Source: an uncultured virus (IMG/VR IMGVR_UViG_3300037195_000767) (lineage: Duplodnaviria > Heunggongvirae > Uroviricota > Caudoviricetes). Taken from it: DNA of 64,000 bases. Positions 19,399 through 31,200 of this stretch are shown here, in pieces. The stretch lies in the IMG/VR virus record IMGVR_UViG_3300037195_000767; one strand, 5' to 3'. The notes beneath the pieces were generated by a model, which was given only the letters and a program-made list of their open reading frames with translations, did not search any database and was not told the origin of the DNA. Positions within the stretch are counted from its first letter, which is position 1. Each line of letters starts with the position of its first letter. The position numbers were made by a program, and so were the translations under genes.

Positions 19399-21618
19399 AT
19401 GCATAAAAAAAGAAATAGAAAAAGTCCAGATTATAGAGGAATAGCTTTAAAATTATACAATGAAAGATACAATCCTAACCATCCACAAACTAAAGCTTTA
19501 GGAGATGTATTGGAATCAGGTGTTAAATTTATAGATGATAAAGCATTTGGTGATACAAAAGTTGGTAATATTGTAGAAGAATTAGTTGGAACAGCAGGTA
19601 ATGTTGTTCAAGGTATATATGCTCCGACTCCTGATGCTTGGGCTGGTGTAGCTGCAGATTTTTCTGGGTTAGTTGCTGATACATCTGCAGCTTTTACAGG
19701 TAATAAATTTGAAGTAGATCGAGTTACAGGTGAACCAATATTAGACGATCAAGGTAATCCTATTCCTAAAATGAGCGGTGTTGAAAAAGTAGCTAGAAAT
19801 GTAGAAGCTGGTGGAGAATCTGCTCAAGGTTTTCTTTCAGGTAATTGGCAAAAAGGTGTTAGTAGTGGAGCAGAATTTATAGACCAAACTGTAGAAAATG
19901 TAACTGATTTTGAAGGTAAGAAAGAAGATACTAAATTCCAAAAAGGAATAAAAACAGGTAAACAAATTATAAATACAGGTTTACAAGCATATAATCAGTT
20001 TGAAAATATGCAAGATGAAATTGGTAAATTTAAAGAAGATCTTAATGCAGGAGAAAATATAGAAACAGCTAGAAGAGGAGGTAATGTACAAGATAGAATA
20101 AATAGAATGAGAAGTTATTTAGGAGGACATAAAGTAAGACCTCAACAATTTGCTAATGGTGATGATGTTTCACGTGCACCTGTACCAGAACATTTTTTAA
20201 AAGATATGGGTGGAGATCCGCCAATTATTACTGACGAGATGTTACAACAAATGGTTATAGAATGGGAAAAGGGTACACAAACTTCTATACATCCAAGTGA
20301 ACTTCCTAGAACACAAATGCAATTTGATCAGTTAGATCCAAAATTAAAAAAAATAATTGTAGGACAGTATCCAGATATAAGATATCTTATTCATAAAGGT
20401 CAACCTACTAGAGAAGAAATGATGAATCTATATGGTCCTGGAGGATCACATGTACCTGTAGGTCGTGAGAATCAACCAAATATTATTCAACAAGGACCTG
20501 TCAATACTCCAACATATCAAGCACCAAGTCCAGGTCCAGGTAGTTTTCAGATGAATAATCCACAATTACAGCAACAGGATTTAATAAATGCACAAAGAGG
20601 TAATACTGGTATTGTTCTTCCACCAATGGGAGCAGCGCCTATGAAGAGAGGAACTAAAGTAAGATCGTATGAAAATGGAGATGTTACAAAAGGAGATATT
20701 AAACGTGATCCTCTTAATTCTCTTTACACAGATCCTTCACTAAATATTAATATAGGTAAATTACCTGGAAGTACTCCAGAAGGTAGTTATATTGGCTCTA
20801 ATTTTAATCCTAGATTTAATATGGGATATGTTAGTAATTATGGAGATGATGCTAGTGATTTAACGAAGTTGGGGAATATGACTTTCGGTGGGAATTTGAG
20901 TTTACAAGATAAAACAAATATTGGAGCGACGATGGGTTATACACAACCTTTAGGAACTACAGGAAATTTAAGAAATACTATAGCATCAATTAGAGGAGGT
21001 GCGGGATTACAAACTCAACCAGGATCTCCAGCAGAAGCTTACGGAGATTTAAATTTAGGGTTAGGTTATTATAATAATCTTAGAAGCGGTACACCTTATG
21101 GTATTAAAGGAAACTTTAATCTAGGGTCTCAGTACTCTGTTAATCCAGGTATCTCTGGTGGTTTAGAAGGTAATTTAGGTATGTTTAGAGGTTTTGGAGG
21201 TTATGGTAGTCAAGGAGGATATGGTGGTTTAGGAGTATCTATTCCTATAGGTAGATCACAAACAAATGAAACTAGAAGAATGGCAGGTATTCCTGGATAC
21301 GAGAAAGGAGCTGAAGTACAAGCGGATCCTTCATTACAAGGTATAAGTGGAGACGATTTAACTACTATTAATAGACAATCTGGAGAAGTTGTACGTAGAA
21401 ATTATCCAGGTACAACAGATCATGATGTTAAAAACTATTATCAATATACTGGAACTTCGCATAGTAATGTAAGACCAGGTATGCCTAATGGAGGAAACGA
21501 TGTTAAAGAACAAGTAGGAGCTTTTATATTTCCTAAAAAACATGCAAAATCAATATCAAAAATAGTGCGGGACAGAAAATATTTTCAAGATATAATTAAT
21601 AAATCTAAGTCAGTATAA
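19399..21618 (+). CDS. putative ejected cargo protein, modular
   Basis: First gene after the muzzle; recurring [YF]xxGxxV motifs; GTSH...GG motif near the C-terminus. Confidence 0.55.
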   Translation: MHKKRNRKSPDYRGIALKLYNERYNPNHPQTKALGDVLESGVKFIDDKAFGDTKVGNIVEELVGTAGNVVQGIYAPTPDAWAGVAADFSGLVADTSAAFTGNKFEVDRVTGEPILDDQGNPIPKMSGVEKVARNVEAGGESAQGFLSGNWQKGVSSGAEFIDQTVENVTDFEGKKEDTKFQKGIKTGKQIINTGLQAYNQFENMQDEIGKFKEDLNAGENIETARRGGNVQDRINRMRSYLGGHKVRPQQFANGDDVSRAPVPEHFLKDMGGDPPIITDEMLQQMVIEWEKGTQTSIHPSELPRTQMQFDQLDPKLKKIIVGQYPDIRYLIHKGQPTREEMMNLYGPGGSHVPVGRENQPNIIQQGPVNTPTYQAPSPGPGSFQMNNPQLQQQDLINAQRGNTGIVLPPMGAAPMKRGTKVRSYENGDVTKGDIKRDPLNSLYTDPSLNINIGKLPGSTPEGSYIGSNFNPRFNMGYVSNYGDDASDLTKLGNMTFGGNLSLQDKTNIGATMGYTQPLGTTGNLRNTIASIRGGAGLQTQPGSPAEAYGDLNLGLGYYNNLRSGTPYGIKGNFNLGSQYSVNPGISGGLEGNLGMFRGFGGYGSQGGYGGLGVSIPIGRSQTNETRRMAGIPGYEKGAEVQADPSLQGISGDDLTTINRQSGEVVRRNYPGTTDHDVKNYYQYTGTSHSNVRPGMPNGGNDVKEQVGAFIFPKKHAKSISKIVRDRKYFQDIINKSKSV

Positions 21619-24600
21619 TGAAGAAAAAGAATATAATAGATTTAAAAACTGATAGGGTTAATATAAATACAGCTAAACGTAATCTCGGCAAGGGTTATAT
21701 AGCTGAAAGTGTTCTTGAAAAAACTATTAAAGACGAAAAAAAAGAAAGTGAATTACAAGAATTAGAAGATATTATAAAAATAACTGATAATAATCAATCT
21801 ATCATTGAAAAAAAAGATGGTTCTTTAACTTATAGAAAAGGTGGTAAAGTTAATACAGTTTCTGATTTACAAAAAAGTTATCTTATGGATACTTTTATGG
21901 GTAGTAATTCTTATCAAAACGGTGATGATGTTTTAGAAGAAGATACTCCTATTCAGTTTGGTTATCATGATGCTGCTGGTAATGTAATAGATCAACAGTC
22001 TTCTGGTGGTTATGACCCTCAAGGATTTTATCCAGAGATAAATTATGATCCCGTAAATAATCCTTGGCATAAAGCATTGAGTGAAAGATTTCAAGCTCCT
22101 CCTCCACATTTATTAAATTTTGATTGGCAAAACGCTTTAACAGAAGGAGGCTCTTATAATGATGGAGTTAATGACTTTAATCCAAATCATTTAAATATAC
22201 TAGCAGATTATGCTTATAGTAATCCAAATTCAGATCCTAAGGTAGGAGGGTTACCTTTAATTAGATACCAAAATCAGTTTGCTGGTACTACTACTAATAT
22301 AGGAAAAGATGGTGGAGACAGACGTAGGATAACTAAAAGACTTAGAGAAAAATATCCTAGTTTATCTAGAAAAGAATCTAAACAATTTTATGATTATTTA
22401 GGAAGTGTCGGACTTGGAAATACTTCTATTACTCCTTTAGGGGGTGATACTGAAAGTAGTAAATACAGAAATGAATATGCTAGTAATTTTGTTAACGCTA
22501 CATCTTCAACTAATTTAAACGATTTTAGAGCTAGTAAAACTAGCGGTGAAGAAAGTATTATATCGAGTCAACTTACAGATGATTCTTATACTCCTATAGA
22601 AATAGATCCTGCATTATTAAATGAAAAAGATTTAGCTATATTTAATGCTGATCCTTCAACTTTAAATCCTGATGATTTACAAAGACGTAGAGAATTACAT
22701 GGACTTGATGAGAATTATGATCCATCTAAAGATGATAAACTTAATACAACACAAGATAATATAGATAATAATGTTGAAAATGAGATTACTACTATTAAAA
22801 AAGAAGTAAAAAAGAATCTTAAAAAAACTAATAAAAAAGATTCACTAAGAACTATAGGAGATAAGATAGGATTAGCTAGTATAGTAGCTGGAGGATTAGG
22901 ACAATTAGGAGCTGCTATGGCATCTAGACATAGTGATTTAACTCCTAAAAATGTTTATAAAGATATAACTAAAGATGCTGAAAGTTATTTAAGAGGGGTA
23001 ATAGGGGAGATAGATGGATTAAAAAAACAAGCTGCTTCTGAAGTAAGTAGTAGATATAGTAGAGAACCTGATACTGCAATGACCTACCAACAACGTAGAG
23101 CTAGAGAATTAAGTAGACAAAGTAAAGTAGATGAAGCTGTAAGAGCTAGTAACTTGAGATATGACGGTATGAAATTAGGTGTACAAGGTGAATTATCTAA
23201 AATGATAGCTGAAGGTAATAAATATGAAGCTGCGGGAGAAGCACAAATGTTAGCTCAAGCACAAGCTAATAAAGATGCATTTTACACTTCTTTAGGTCAA
23301 GCAGCGGGAACTATATCTGCTGCTGGTCAGAAATGGGGACAAGATCTGAATGTAGCTAGACAAAATAAAGAAATAGTTAATGCGTTAAAAACTAGTGGTT
23401 ATGAAGTTAAAGTAGGACCTGATGGTACATTAGGAGTATTTTATAATGGTGAATATAAGGGGCCTTTTAATAAAGACGATGGTACTTTTAATAATGAAGT
23501 TGTTAATACTGAGGGAGGTGGTGTTCCTGATAATGTAATAACTACTCCTAAAGATAGGATTTCAAATAAATCTACAGGTGATAATAATGTAAAGATTACA
23601 AGTACAGGTAAAGCAAATGCAGATTTTATTGTTGGTTTGGATGATAAAGGTGATTTTGCATTTGAAATAAATGATATTGTTGATTGGGATATGTTAGAAG
23701 ATGGATCGTTAAGATTAAATCCTACAGGTGAGGGATATTATTTACACGGTCAGAAAGTATATGGAGAACCTAATTATATAACTAAAGATCAATATAAAGA
23801 AATAACAGGTAAAGATTATAAAGGAGAATTAACTAAACAACCTAAAGTTGATCCTTATGGACTTTTTGATTCTGAAGTAGTAGGACAAGCAAATATAGGT
23901 ACTGAAATAATTGATTCATATACAAATGAATGGGGTAAAACTGTAAATGTTTATTCACCATTAAATGTTAATGCTGAAGGTATAGCTGTATTTGAAAATA
24001 TGTCAGAGGTTCCTAATGATTATGATAATTCAGATTATATTGTAGTTAAAGATGATGACGGTGTTTATTATGGATATATAAAATCTGACGATGGTAAAAA
24101 ATGGGAAAAACAAATTGAAGAAGTTGATAAAATACCTGTATTTACACCTATTCAAGAAGGTAGTGAATTAATGACTGGTAATGTGCTTGGTAATTTATCT
24201 TGGGAAGATCCTTATGTATCTGGAGATTCTAAAAAAAAAAAAACAATAAATGAATCAGAAGTAAATAAAGCTATAAATGAAGTTGGTGCTAGTAATAAGA
24301 ACTCTGTTAAAGAGGTAATAAACGAAAATCCTATACTTAATTCAGCTGTTGGAGGTAATACAGATGCTGTTATAAATCCTATAGATTATATAGTAAATAA
24401 TGGTTTGATAGGTATAAGAGAAGAAGATACTGAAAAGGTACAATTTATTAATGATGTATTTGATGAGTTACTTCCTGGATCTCAGACATCTAAATATCCT
24501 CTTACTAGTGGTAAGAAAGCTTGGTGTGGCGCATTTGTATATGAAGTATTGACTAAAACTGATTTATTAAATACTATAGCAGAAGATAAGGATAAACCTA

Positions 24601-24956
24601 ATAGTTCTGTAGCGTATGATAGAGTTAGAGCTTTAGATTATTTAGATGTAGGTAAAGAAGTAACTACTCCTAAAGTAGGTGATGTAATAGTTGTTTCTAG
24701 AATGATAGGTAATAGAAGACAACATCATGTAGCTTTTTATGCTGGAGAAAATGATAATGGCAATATAATTATATTGGGAGGTAATCAAGGATATAAAGGT
24801 ACTGGAGGAGAGATAAACTTTAAAGCTTTAGATGATAAATTTACTATTCATGGATACAGAAGAATGGAGAATATGACTGATATAAAACAAGCTACAGTTT
24901 TGTCATATAGAAATAAGTATGGGGTAATAGGAGGAAAGAAAGGAACTTTAACATAA
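21618..24956 (+). CDS. cargo protein with C-terminal CHAP/NlpC-like (TIGR02594-type) peptidoglycan hydrolase domain
   Basis: AWCGAFV...GDVIVV...HHVAFY...ILGGNQ; central amphipathic/coiled region. Confidence 0.75.
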   Translation: MKKKNIIDLKTDRVNINTAKRNLGKGYIAESVLEKTIKDEKKESELQELEDIIKITDNNQSIIEKKDGSLTYRKGGKVNTVSDLQKSYLMDTFMGSNSYQNGDDVLEEDTPIQFGYHDAAGNVIDQQSSGGYDPQGFYPEINYDPVNNPWHKALSERFQAPPPHLLNFDWQNALTEGGSYNDGVNDFNPNHLNILADYAYSNPNSDPKVGGLPLIRYQNQFAGTTTNIGKDGGDRRRITKRLREKYPSLSRKESKQFYDYLGSVGLGNTSITPLGGDTESSKYRNEYASNFVNATSSTNLNDFRASKTSGEESIISSQLTDDSYTPIEIDPALLNEKDLAIFNADPSTLNPDDLQRRRELHGLDENYDPSKDDKLNTTQDNIDNNVENEITTIKKEVKKNLKKTNKKDSLRTIGDKIGLASIVAGGLGQLGAAMASRHSDLTPKNVYKDITKDAESYLRGVIGEIDGLKKQAASEVSSRYSREPDTAMTYQQRRARELSRQSKVDEAVRASNLRYDGMKLGVQGELSKMIAEGNKYEAAGEAQMLAQAQANKDAFYTSLGQAAGTISAAGQKWGQDLNVARQNKEIVNALKTSGYEVKVGPDGTLGVFYNGEYKGPFNKDDGTFNNEVVNTEGGGVPDNVITTPKDRISNKSTGDNNVKITSTGKANADFIVGLDDKGDFAFEINDIVDWDMLEDGSLRLNPTGEGYYLHGQKVYGEPNYITKDQYKEITGKDYKGELTKQPKVDPYGLFDSEVVGQANIGTEIIDSYTNEWGKTVNVYSPLNVNAEGIAVFENMSEVPNDYDNSDYIVVKDDDGVYYGYIKSDDGKKWEKQIEEVDKIPVFTPIQEGSELMTGNVLGNLSWEDPYVSGDSKKKKTINESEVNKAINEVGASNKNSVKEVINENPILNSAVGGNTDAVINPIDYIVNNGLIGIREEDTEKVQFINDVFDELLPGSQTSKYPLTSGKKAWCGAFVYEVLTKTDLLNTIAEDKDKPNSSVAYDRVRALDYLDVGKEVTTPKVGDVIVVSRMIGNRRQHHVAFYAGENDNGNIIILGGNQGYKGTGGEINFKALDDKFTIHGYRRMENMTDIKQATVLSYRNKYGVIGGKKGTLT

Positions 24957-24993
24957 AAATACTAATTAATTAGTATGTTCGTAATAAAATTAA

Positions 24994-25003
24994 TATATTT
25001 GCA
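24994..25003 (+). promoter_or_regulatory. Bacteroidota -7 promoter element
   Basis: TATATTTG-CA; the TATATTTG ends 4 nt before the ATG at 25006. Confidence 0.55.
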
Positions 25004-25005
25004 AG

Positions 25006-28000
25006 ATGGGAAAAGGATTTAAATTAGCTTCAATACCAATAATAGATTATAATTATAAAGTTCCATATAAGGAACTTTTTACTCATTTACAAAGTAGACA
25101 ACTTGAGTATGATGAAAATGCAGCTAAATTAGATGCTTTAGAAAATTCTTGGTTAACATTACAAACAGTTCCTGGAGAAGAACAGTTAGGATTAGATATA
25201 CAAAAAAGTTATGATGATAAAGTTAATAATGTAACACAAACAGTAGGGGGAGATTTAAGTAAAGCAGATGGTTTAATACGTGAAGTATCTAAAGGTTTAA
25301 AAAGAGATATGACTACTGGGCCATTTAGTAAAGTACAAGCAAATTATACAAAGTATAAAGCATTATCAGATTATCTTTCAACATCTGTAAATGAATCTGA
25401 TCCTAAGAAAAGAGTAGAAAGAGATAGAGCTGAACAATGGTTAAATATGTCTCTTCATGATTTTTATAGTCAAGGAGGAACTCAGGGAGGAGCTAGTTTT
25501 TCTAGTAGAAAACCACTTACTTTTGTTGATATAAATTCAAAAATTAATAAATTTTTAAAAGGCTGGAAACCAGATACTCAGGTAGGTAATATTATTAAAC
25601 AGGTAGATGGGTCTGGTAATGTAACTTATGTAAAACAACAAGGACAATATAGTGCAGATGGGGTGTGGTATACTACAGATCAATATGAAATAGCTAATCC
25701 TGATGAAATTAGAAATGCTATTATACAGCATATAGAATCTGATCCTATGGCTTCTCAATATATAGAAGAAGGTATAATGTTAAATATGCAAGGTATGACT
25801 CCTGAATTATTAGAATCAGATGAAGGTAGGGGTTATTTAAAAACAGCTAGAGAAGAACTTGTTAAATTACCACAATTTAATAAAGAAGATGTTAAGAATA
25901 TGAATGATATGTCTGTTATTGCACAAGCTATGAAATATGCTGAGTTACAAAATATGGCAGAACCATTTGTTGATAGAGAAGGATATGAAAAACACACTCA
26001 AGATATTACCAAAACTCCAGAACATTTCTGGAAAACTATTAATGATATAACTGGAGCAGATGTTAATGCTGCTAAAATATTTGAATCAGTAACACCTCTT
26101 GTAAAAGGAGATGTAAATACCCCTAAACAATATCATTCTGTATCTGATCTGGTAGAGCATAAAGAATCATTAGAAGGAATAGTATCAGCAATAGATATAG
26201 AAATAGAGGATTATAGAAATAAACTTAAAGAAAATCCTAAAGATGTAACAGCTTTACAATATATAGGATCTTTACAACAAAAAAGATTCTTAACTCAAAG
26301 TATGATAGATGATATTAATACTAATTATACTGATGTATTTGAAGCTATAGAGAGTGATGGAGGAATGACTTTTATTAAAAATAATAAAAAATGGACCCCT
26401 ACTGATCAGGAAGAAGCTTATCCTAATAGTTTAGCTGTTGTAGGAACAGTTGAACAAGATTATGCAGGAGAATATGCAGATATTATAACAAAATGGAATA
26501 ATACTCATATTGGTGTTGATAAAGCATGGAAAACTCCTATGGAATTTTTCGAAAACTTGGTATCAGAGTTAGAAAGTTCAGGTAAAATGCCAAGTAAGTT
26601 TAGTAATGACAAAGATAACGGTAAACCTCTAGGTGATCCAGATGCTCCTATGCATGAAAAAATTAAATATGCAATGGATCTTATGTGGTTATTGAATCAC
26701 TATAATGGTTCTTCTCAAATTTGGGGACAGGCGTCAGGAAATATGGCAGTTGTACAATCTGCTATGAGAGCGTCACATTGGAATGATGCATTAGGAGATG
26801 CTTTCAAAGAGTTAAATAAAAAATCTCCTGGTTTATGGGATTATGTAGGAGATAAGTTTGCTTATGATGAAACAGAAGCAAATTTTGAAAATAGAGAGGT
26901 TTTTCATTATGCTGAGGCATGGGCGGCATTACAAAATGATCAATATCACTCAGCTAAAGGTAAGTTTAGTGAAATGGATCAAGTAGATCCTTCTCAATTA
27001 GGTTATATTAATTTTGGTACTTCTAAAGATACAGGAGAGATATCTTTGTTATCTAAACATCTTTCTAGAATGTATAGTTCTGATCGAGAATCATTTGTAG
27101 TTTATGATGTAAAACAAGGAAAAGTTTTGGATTGGGAAGATAATCCCCAACAATTACAAATAGATGGAGTTTTACTTGAACCTTTTGGTGATGGGGGTCA
27201 TTGGATAAGAGCTTTTTCTCCTAAAATGGAAGATGGTGAATTTGTAGAAGATAAACAAGGTAATCCTATATACGATCAAACATATTTAGTAGCTACTAAT
27301 CCATATATAGGTAGTGGTAGTTCAATATTTTCAATGATATCTGAAAATTTAAGTAAAAGTGATGATGTTTCAGCTATTGAATTAAGTAATAGATTAATGG
27401 AGCAAAGTTTTAGAACTAGGTTAAGTCAATTTAATGTTCTTGATAAACCACTTCCAGGAGCTCCTGCACAACAAGTTACTATACCTATAGGTGATGATGA
27501 TCATATAAGAGTAGATAGAACAACATATGGTGACGAACAAACTGAAGAATATAGAATATACCATGCAGATCATGGAGGGTATATTACAAACAACAATGGT
27601 AATGAAATGGTATTCTGGAATTTACAAGAAGTGACTGAAGCTTATAGAAGATTAAATGAACTTATTGTAGGTGGTAGTACTATGAATAATAATACAAATG
27701 AAACACAAACAACAACTATTCCTAGACAACAAAAATCTGATTTCTTAGAAGTTCCTGGAGCAGGTGCTGGTATATTAAATTTAAGTAATAAATATGGATT
27801 TAATACAGATGAGCTTGTTAGTTTAATTGGTTTTGAAACCGCTGGTACATATAGTCCTGCTGTACAGAATAAGAGTAGTGGAGCTACTGGATTAATTCAA
27901 TTTATGCCTAGCACTGCTAAATCATTAGGTACTACTACAGCAGCTCTTAAAGCTATGAGTGTAGAAGAACAGATGAAATGGGTTGATAAATATTTTGAAA

Positions 28001-28233
28001 GACAATTAAAAACTTTTCCTGACTTAGAAGGAATGCATCCATATTTATGGGTAGCTGCTCCCGCTATATCTAAACTACCTTATGATTATTCAGTATTATG
28101 GAGTCCAGATTCTAAAGAAGCTAAAGCTAATCCTAGTTGGACAGTGAAAGATGGAGATATAAGTAATCAAAATGGAGCTCCTGTCGGATCTGTTACTAGA
28201 TATTCTATACTAGCTTCTTTAGAAGGAAGATAA
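25006..28233 (+). CDS. cargo protein with C-terminal lytic transglycosylase (SLT-like) domain
   Basis: LIGFETAG...NKSSGATGLIQFMPSTAKSLG motif with catalytic Glu. Confidence 0.8.
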   Translation: MGKGFKLASIPIIDYNYKVPYKELFTHLQSRQLEYDENAAKLDALENSWLTLQTVPGEEQLGLDIQKSYDDKVNNVTQTVGGDLSKADGLIREVSKGLKRDMTTGPFSKVQANYTKYKALSDYLSTSVNESDPKKRVERDRAEQWLNMSLHDFYSQGGTQGGASFSSRKPLTFVDINSKINKFLKGWKPDTQVGNIIKQVDGSGNVTYVKQQGQYSADGVWYTTDQYEIANPDEIRNAIIQHIESDPMASQYIEEGIMLNMQGMTPELLESDEGRGYLKTAREELVKLPQFNKEDVKNMNDMSVIAQAMKYAELQNMAEPFVDREGYEKHTQDITKTPEHFWKTINDITGADVNAAKIFESVTPLVKGDVNTPKQYHSVSDLVEHKESLEGIVSAIDIEIEDYRNKLKENPKDVTALQYIGSLQQKRFLTQSMIDDINTNYTDVFEAIESDGGMTFIKNNKKWTPTDQEEAYPNSLAVVGTVEQDYAGEYADIITKWNNTHIGVDKAWKTPMEFFENLVSELESSGKMPSKFSNDKDNGKPLGDPDAPMHEKIKYAMDLMWLLNHYNGSSQIWGQASGNMAVVQSAMRASHWNDALGDAFKELNKKSPGLWDYVGDKFAYDETEANFENREVFHYAEAWAALQNDQYHSAKGKFSEMDQVDPSQLGYINFGTSKDTGEISLLSKHLSRMYSSDRESFVVYDVKQGKVLDWEDNPQQLQIDGVLLEPFGDGGHWIRAFSPKMEDGEFVEDKQGNPIYDQTYLVATNPYIGSGSSIFSMISENLSKSDDVSAIELSNRLMEQSFRTRLSQFNVLDKPLPGAPAQQVTIPIGDDDHIRVDRTTYGDEQTEEYRIYHADHGGYITNNNGNEMVFWNLQEVTEAYRRLNELIVGGSTMNNNTNETQTTTIPRQQKSDFLEVPGAGAGILNLSNKYGFNTDELVSLIGFETAGTYSPAVQNKSSGATGLIQFMPSTAKSLGTTTAALKAMSVEEQMKWVDKYFERQLKTFPDLEGMHPYLWVAAPAISKLPYDYSVLWSPDSKEAKANPSWTVKDGDISNQNGAPVGSVTRYSILASLEGR

Positions 28234-28243
28234 ATAATAAAAT

Positions 28244-31200
28244 ATGCCTCAAAACAAACCAATAAACTATACTAAGTTATTAAAGGGAATTAGTAATCAA
28301 ACTGATGAAATTGATCCAAATACTAATTTAGATGGTGATAATAGTATAACTGATAAATCTATAACTACTATAGATCAACCTCCTACTAAATTACCTAAAA
28401 TAAATTACGAAAGTCTTCTTCAGGGTACTAAGAAAAAAGCTAGACAGAATCAATTGCTGAAACCTATAAAAGTAGAAGGTTTTAATTTTGATGATTATGA
28501 TTTAGTTCCTGAGATACGTATGCATCAAGGTATGGAAGTAGTTAATCGTATACGTGCTAATAATCAAAGATGGTATACTCAATTAGGTAATTTCTTAGGT
28601 CAGTTTGTTATTGGTGAGATAGTCGGTGGTGTAATTTCAGGTGTAGGAGCTATAGGAGAAATACCTGATATGATTAGAGATGGTTTTTCAGGTTCGGGTC
28701 ATGTGGATTTTAATAATTCTATAATACGTGCTGGTAATAATATTAGTGAGTGGGCTAGAGATGCTATGCCTATTTATGAAGTTAATCCAAATGAAAGTTG
28801 GCAAATGGATGATTTTGGATGGTGGATGGGTAATGGTGTATCTGTTGCTTCTACTTTATCTATGTTAATTCCTGCTGTAGGTACAGTTAAAGCTGCTGGT
28901 TATATAGCTAGGATTACTAAATTAGCAGATAAAGTGGGAGACGCTACTAAGTATTATAGTAAAATGGCTATTGGTGCTGGTACTATGAGACATGCTGAGA
29001 ATGTTCGTGAAAGTTTTCAAGTAGCTAATGATGCTAGGTTGTTATCAGCTCAACAATTTGAAGATCAAGTAAACTTTGATAATTTTATAGGATCTGAATC
29101 AGGTCAGGAGTTTTTAAAATCTTATGGAATAGAAGCAGATAATCCTGAAGCTAAAAGATTAGCTGGTGAGTTTATAGCTGCTAAAGCTGGGTGGAGATCT
29201 TATATGATAAACTCTACTAATATTGTATTTGATTTAGTACAATTCGCTCCTTTATTAAGAGGATTTAAAGTAAAAACTAGAAATAGTTTTGGTAAACATC
29301 ATAAATTAAAGAAAGCTGCAGCTAAAGTTACAGGACAAAAAACTCCTGGTAAGTTTAATTGGGCTATGAGTAAACTTAATCCTCTGGTTTCTGCTACAGG
29401 TAGACAATTAACTGAGGGTATCGAAGAAGGTATTAACTTTATAGGTGGTCAAGAAGGTGCTTATTTAGCTAATAATATATTAGGATTAGAAAGTTCTAAT
29501 TTTAGTGATAGATTTGGTGAATATATGCAGGATGGTGAATTATGGGAATCTGCATTTTGGGGAGTACTTGGAGGTATAACTTTTGAAGGAGCCTCTGGTA
29601 GAGTTGGTAGAATGTTAGGATCTAATAAAAACGGACCTCATAGTTTAACAGGTAAAATAACTGAAATAAACCAAAGAGCTGCTTTTATTAGTAATTCTGC
29701 TGCAAAACTTAATGCTATACAAAATGCTGATCCTAATTATAAGGATATAACTGGTGAGTATAATTTTAAAGATATAACAGAAGAAAGAAGACAAGAATTA
29801 ATTTCAGAACTACAAACTGATTTAGCTTATAATTTAGGTATTAATGCTGCTGTTGCTGGTAATGTAGATATATTATTAGACCAATTAAAGAATCCAGAAT
29901 TTCAACAACAATTAGTTGATATGGGATTAACTACTCAAGAAGAAGTTGATTCTTTTATTAATGAAGCAGAACAAAATATACTAACTGCAGAAGATACATA
30001 TAAAAAACATATGGGTAGTTTTGTAACATCATCTGCTTCTCAAACAGTAAAAAATTCTCTTATTTCTAAAGGTATAAATTTAGATTTACAAAAGAAAAAG
30101 ATAGAAAAAATAAGAGGTAAACTTGAAGAAACTAATACAGAGTTAAAATTAAATGATACTACTTATGGAAATATAGAAGGTAATGCAGAATTAGCATTAA
30201 GAAAAGCAGCCTTAAAACGTAGTTTAGCTTCTTTTACAATCGAAGCTGCTAGAGCTGATGGTATCCAATATAAAACAGAAGCAGATAAATTAGCAGCTAC
30301 TGAGAGATATAAAAATATTTTAAATAAGATACAAAATGAACTTAATGATATAGATACACAAGTAAATGAATCTGGAGAATCATTACCTTCTGTTAAAAAT
30401 GTAGATGAACGTATAATAGATAATGCAGCAGCTATTGAGGGATATAAAATAGCTGAATCTGCTATAGCTGAAGATGTAGCTAAGATTAAAACACAAGAAG
30501 CTGTTAAAAAAGAAGCTGATTTACAAAAGGAACAAGAAGAAATTTTTAAACAACAAGGAATAGATCTAGCTACTGAATCTACTTCAGATAAGTCTCTTAA
30601 AATAAGTGAAGATTCGTCTCAAGCAGATCTTTTAGGAGTAATTAAAAATACATTACTTCCTATAGAGAATAAGCTTAGAGAGGGAGGTCAGACAGAAGCT
30701 GCTGATATTGTAAAAAATAAAATAGATGAACTTACTGATAGATTAACGTCTGATGAATCACGTAGAGAAGTAAAAATAGCTAAAGAAAATGTTAAAGGAG
30801 ATAATCAAACTAGTCCTAAAGAAAGAACTCAGGAAGAATTATTAGAGGAAGTAAATAAAAAAGATATGCCTCCAACTAATAATGATACTAATAAAGATAA
30901 AATAAACCCTGATCCAAATGAAACAGATACTGAAATAAATCCAGATCAACCTACAAATACTTTTAATGTAAATCGAACAAGTCCATCTCCTCAATTTCCA
31001 GACGAGCCAGAAGTTGGTGAGACTGAATTTTGGAATGCTTTTACACAATTAAATTTATCTAATACTGAAGATACAACTGCTGATTCTGAAACAATTGAAA
31101 CTATTAATAGAATTATAAATTTAAATCCAGGTGATAAATTATCTATTATACGTAATGATGAAGGACTTGAAATTGTAGATAATAAAGGTAATCATATTGG

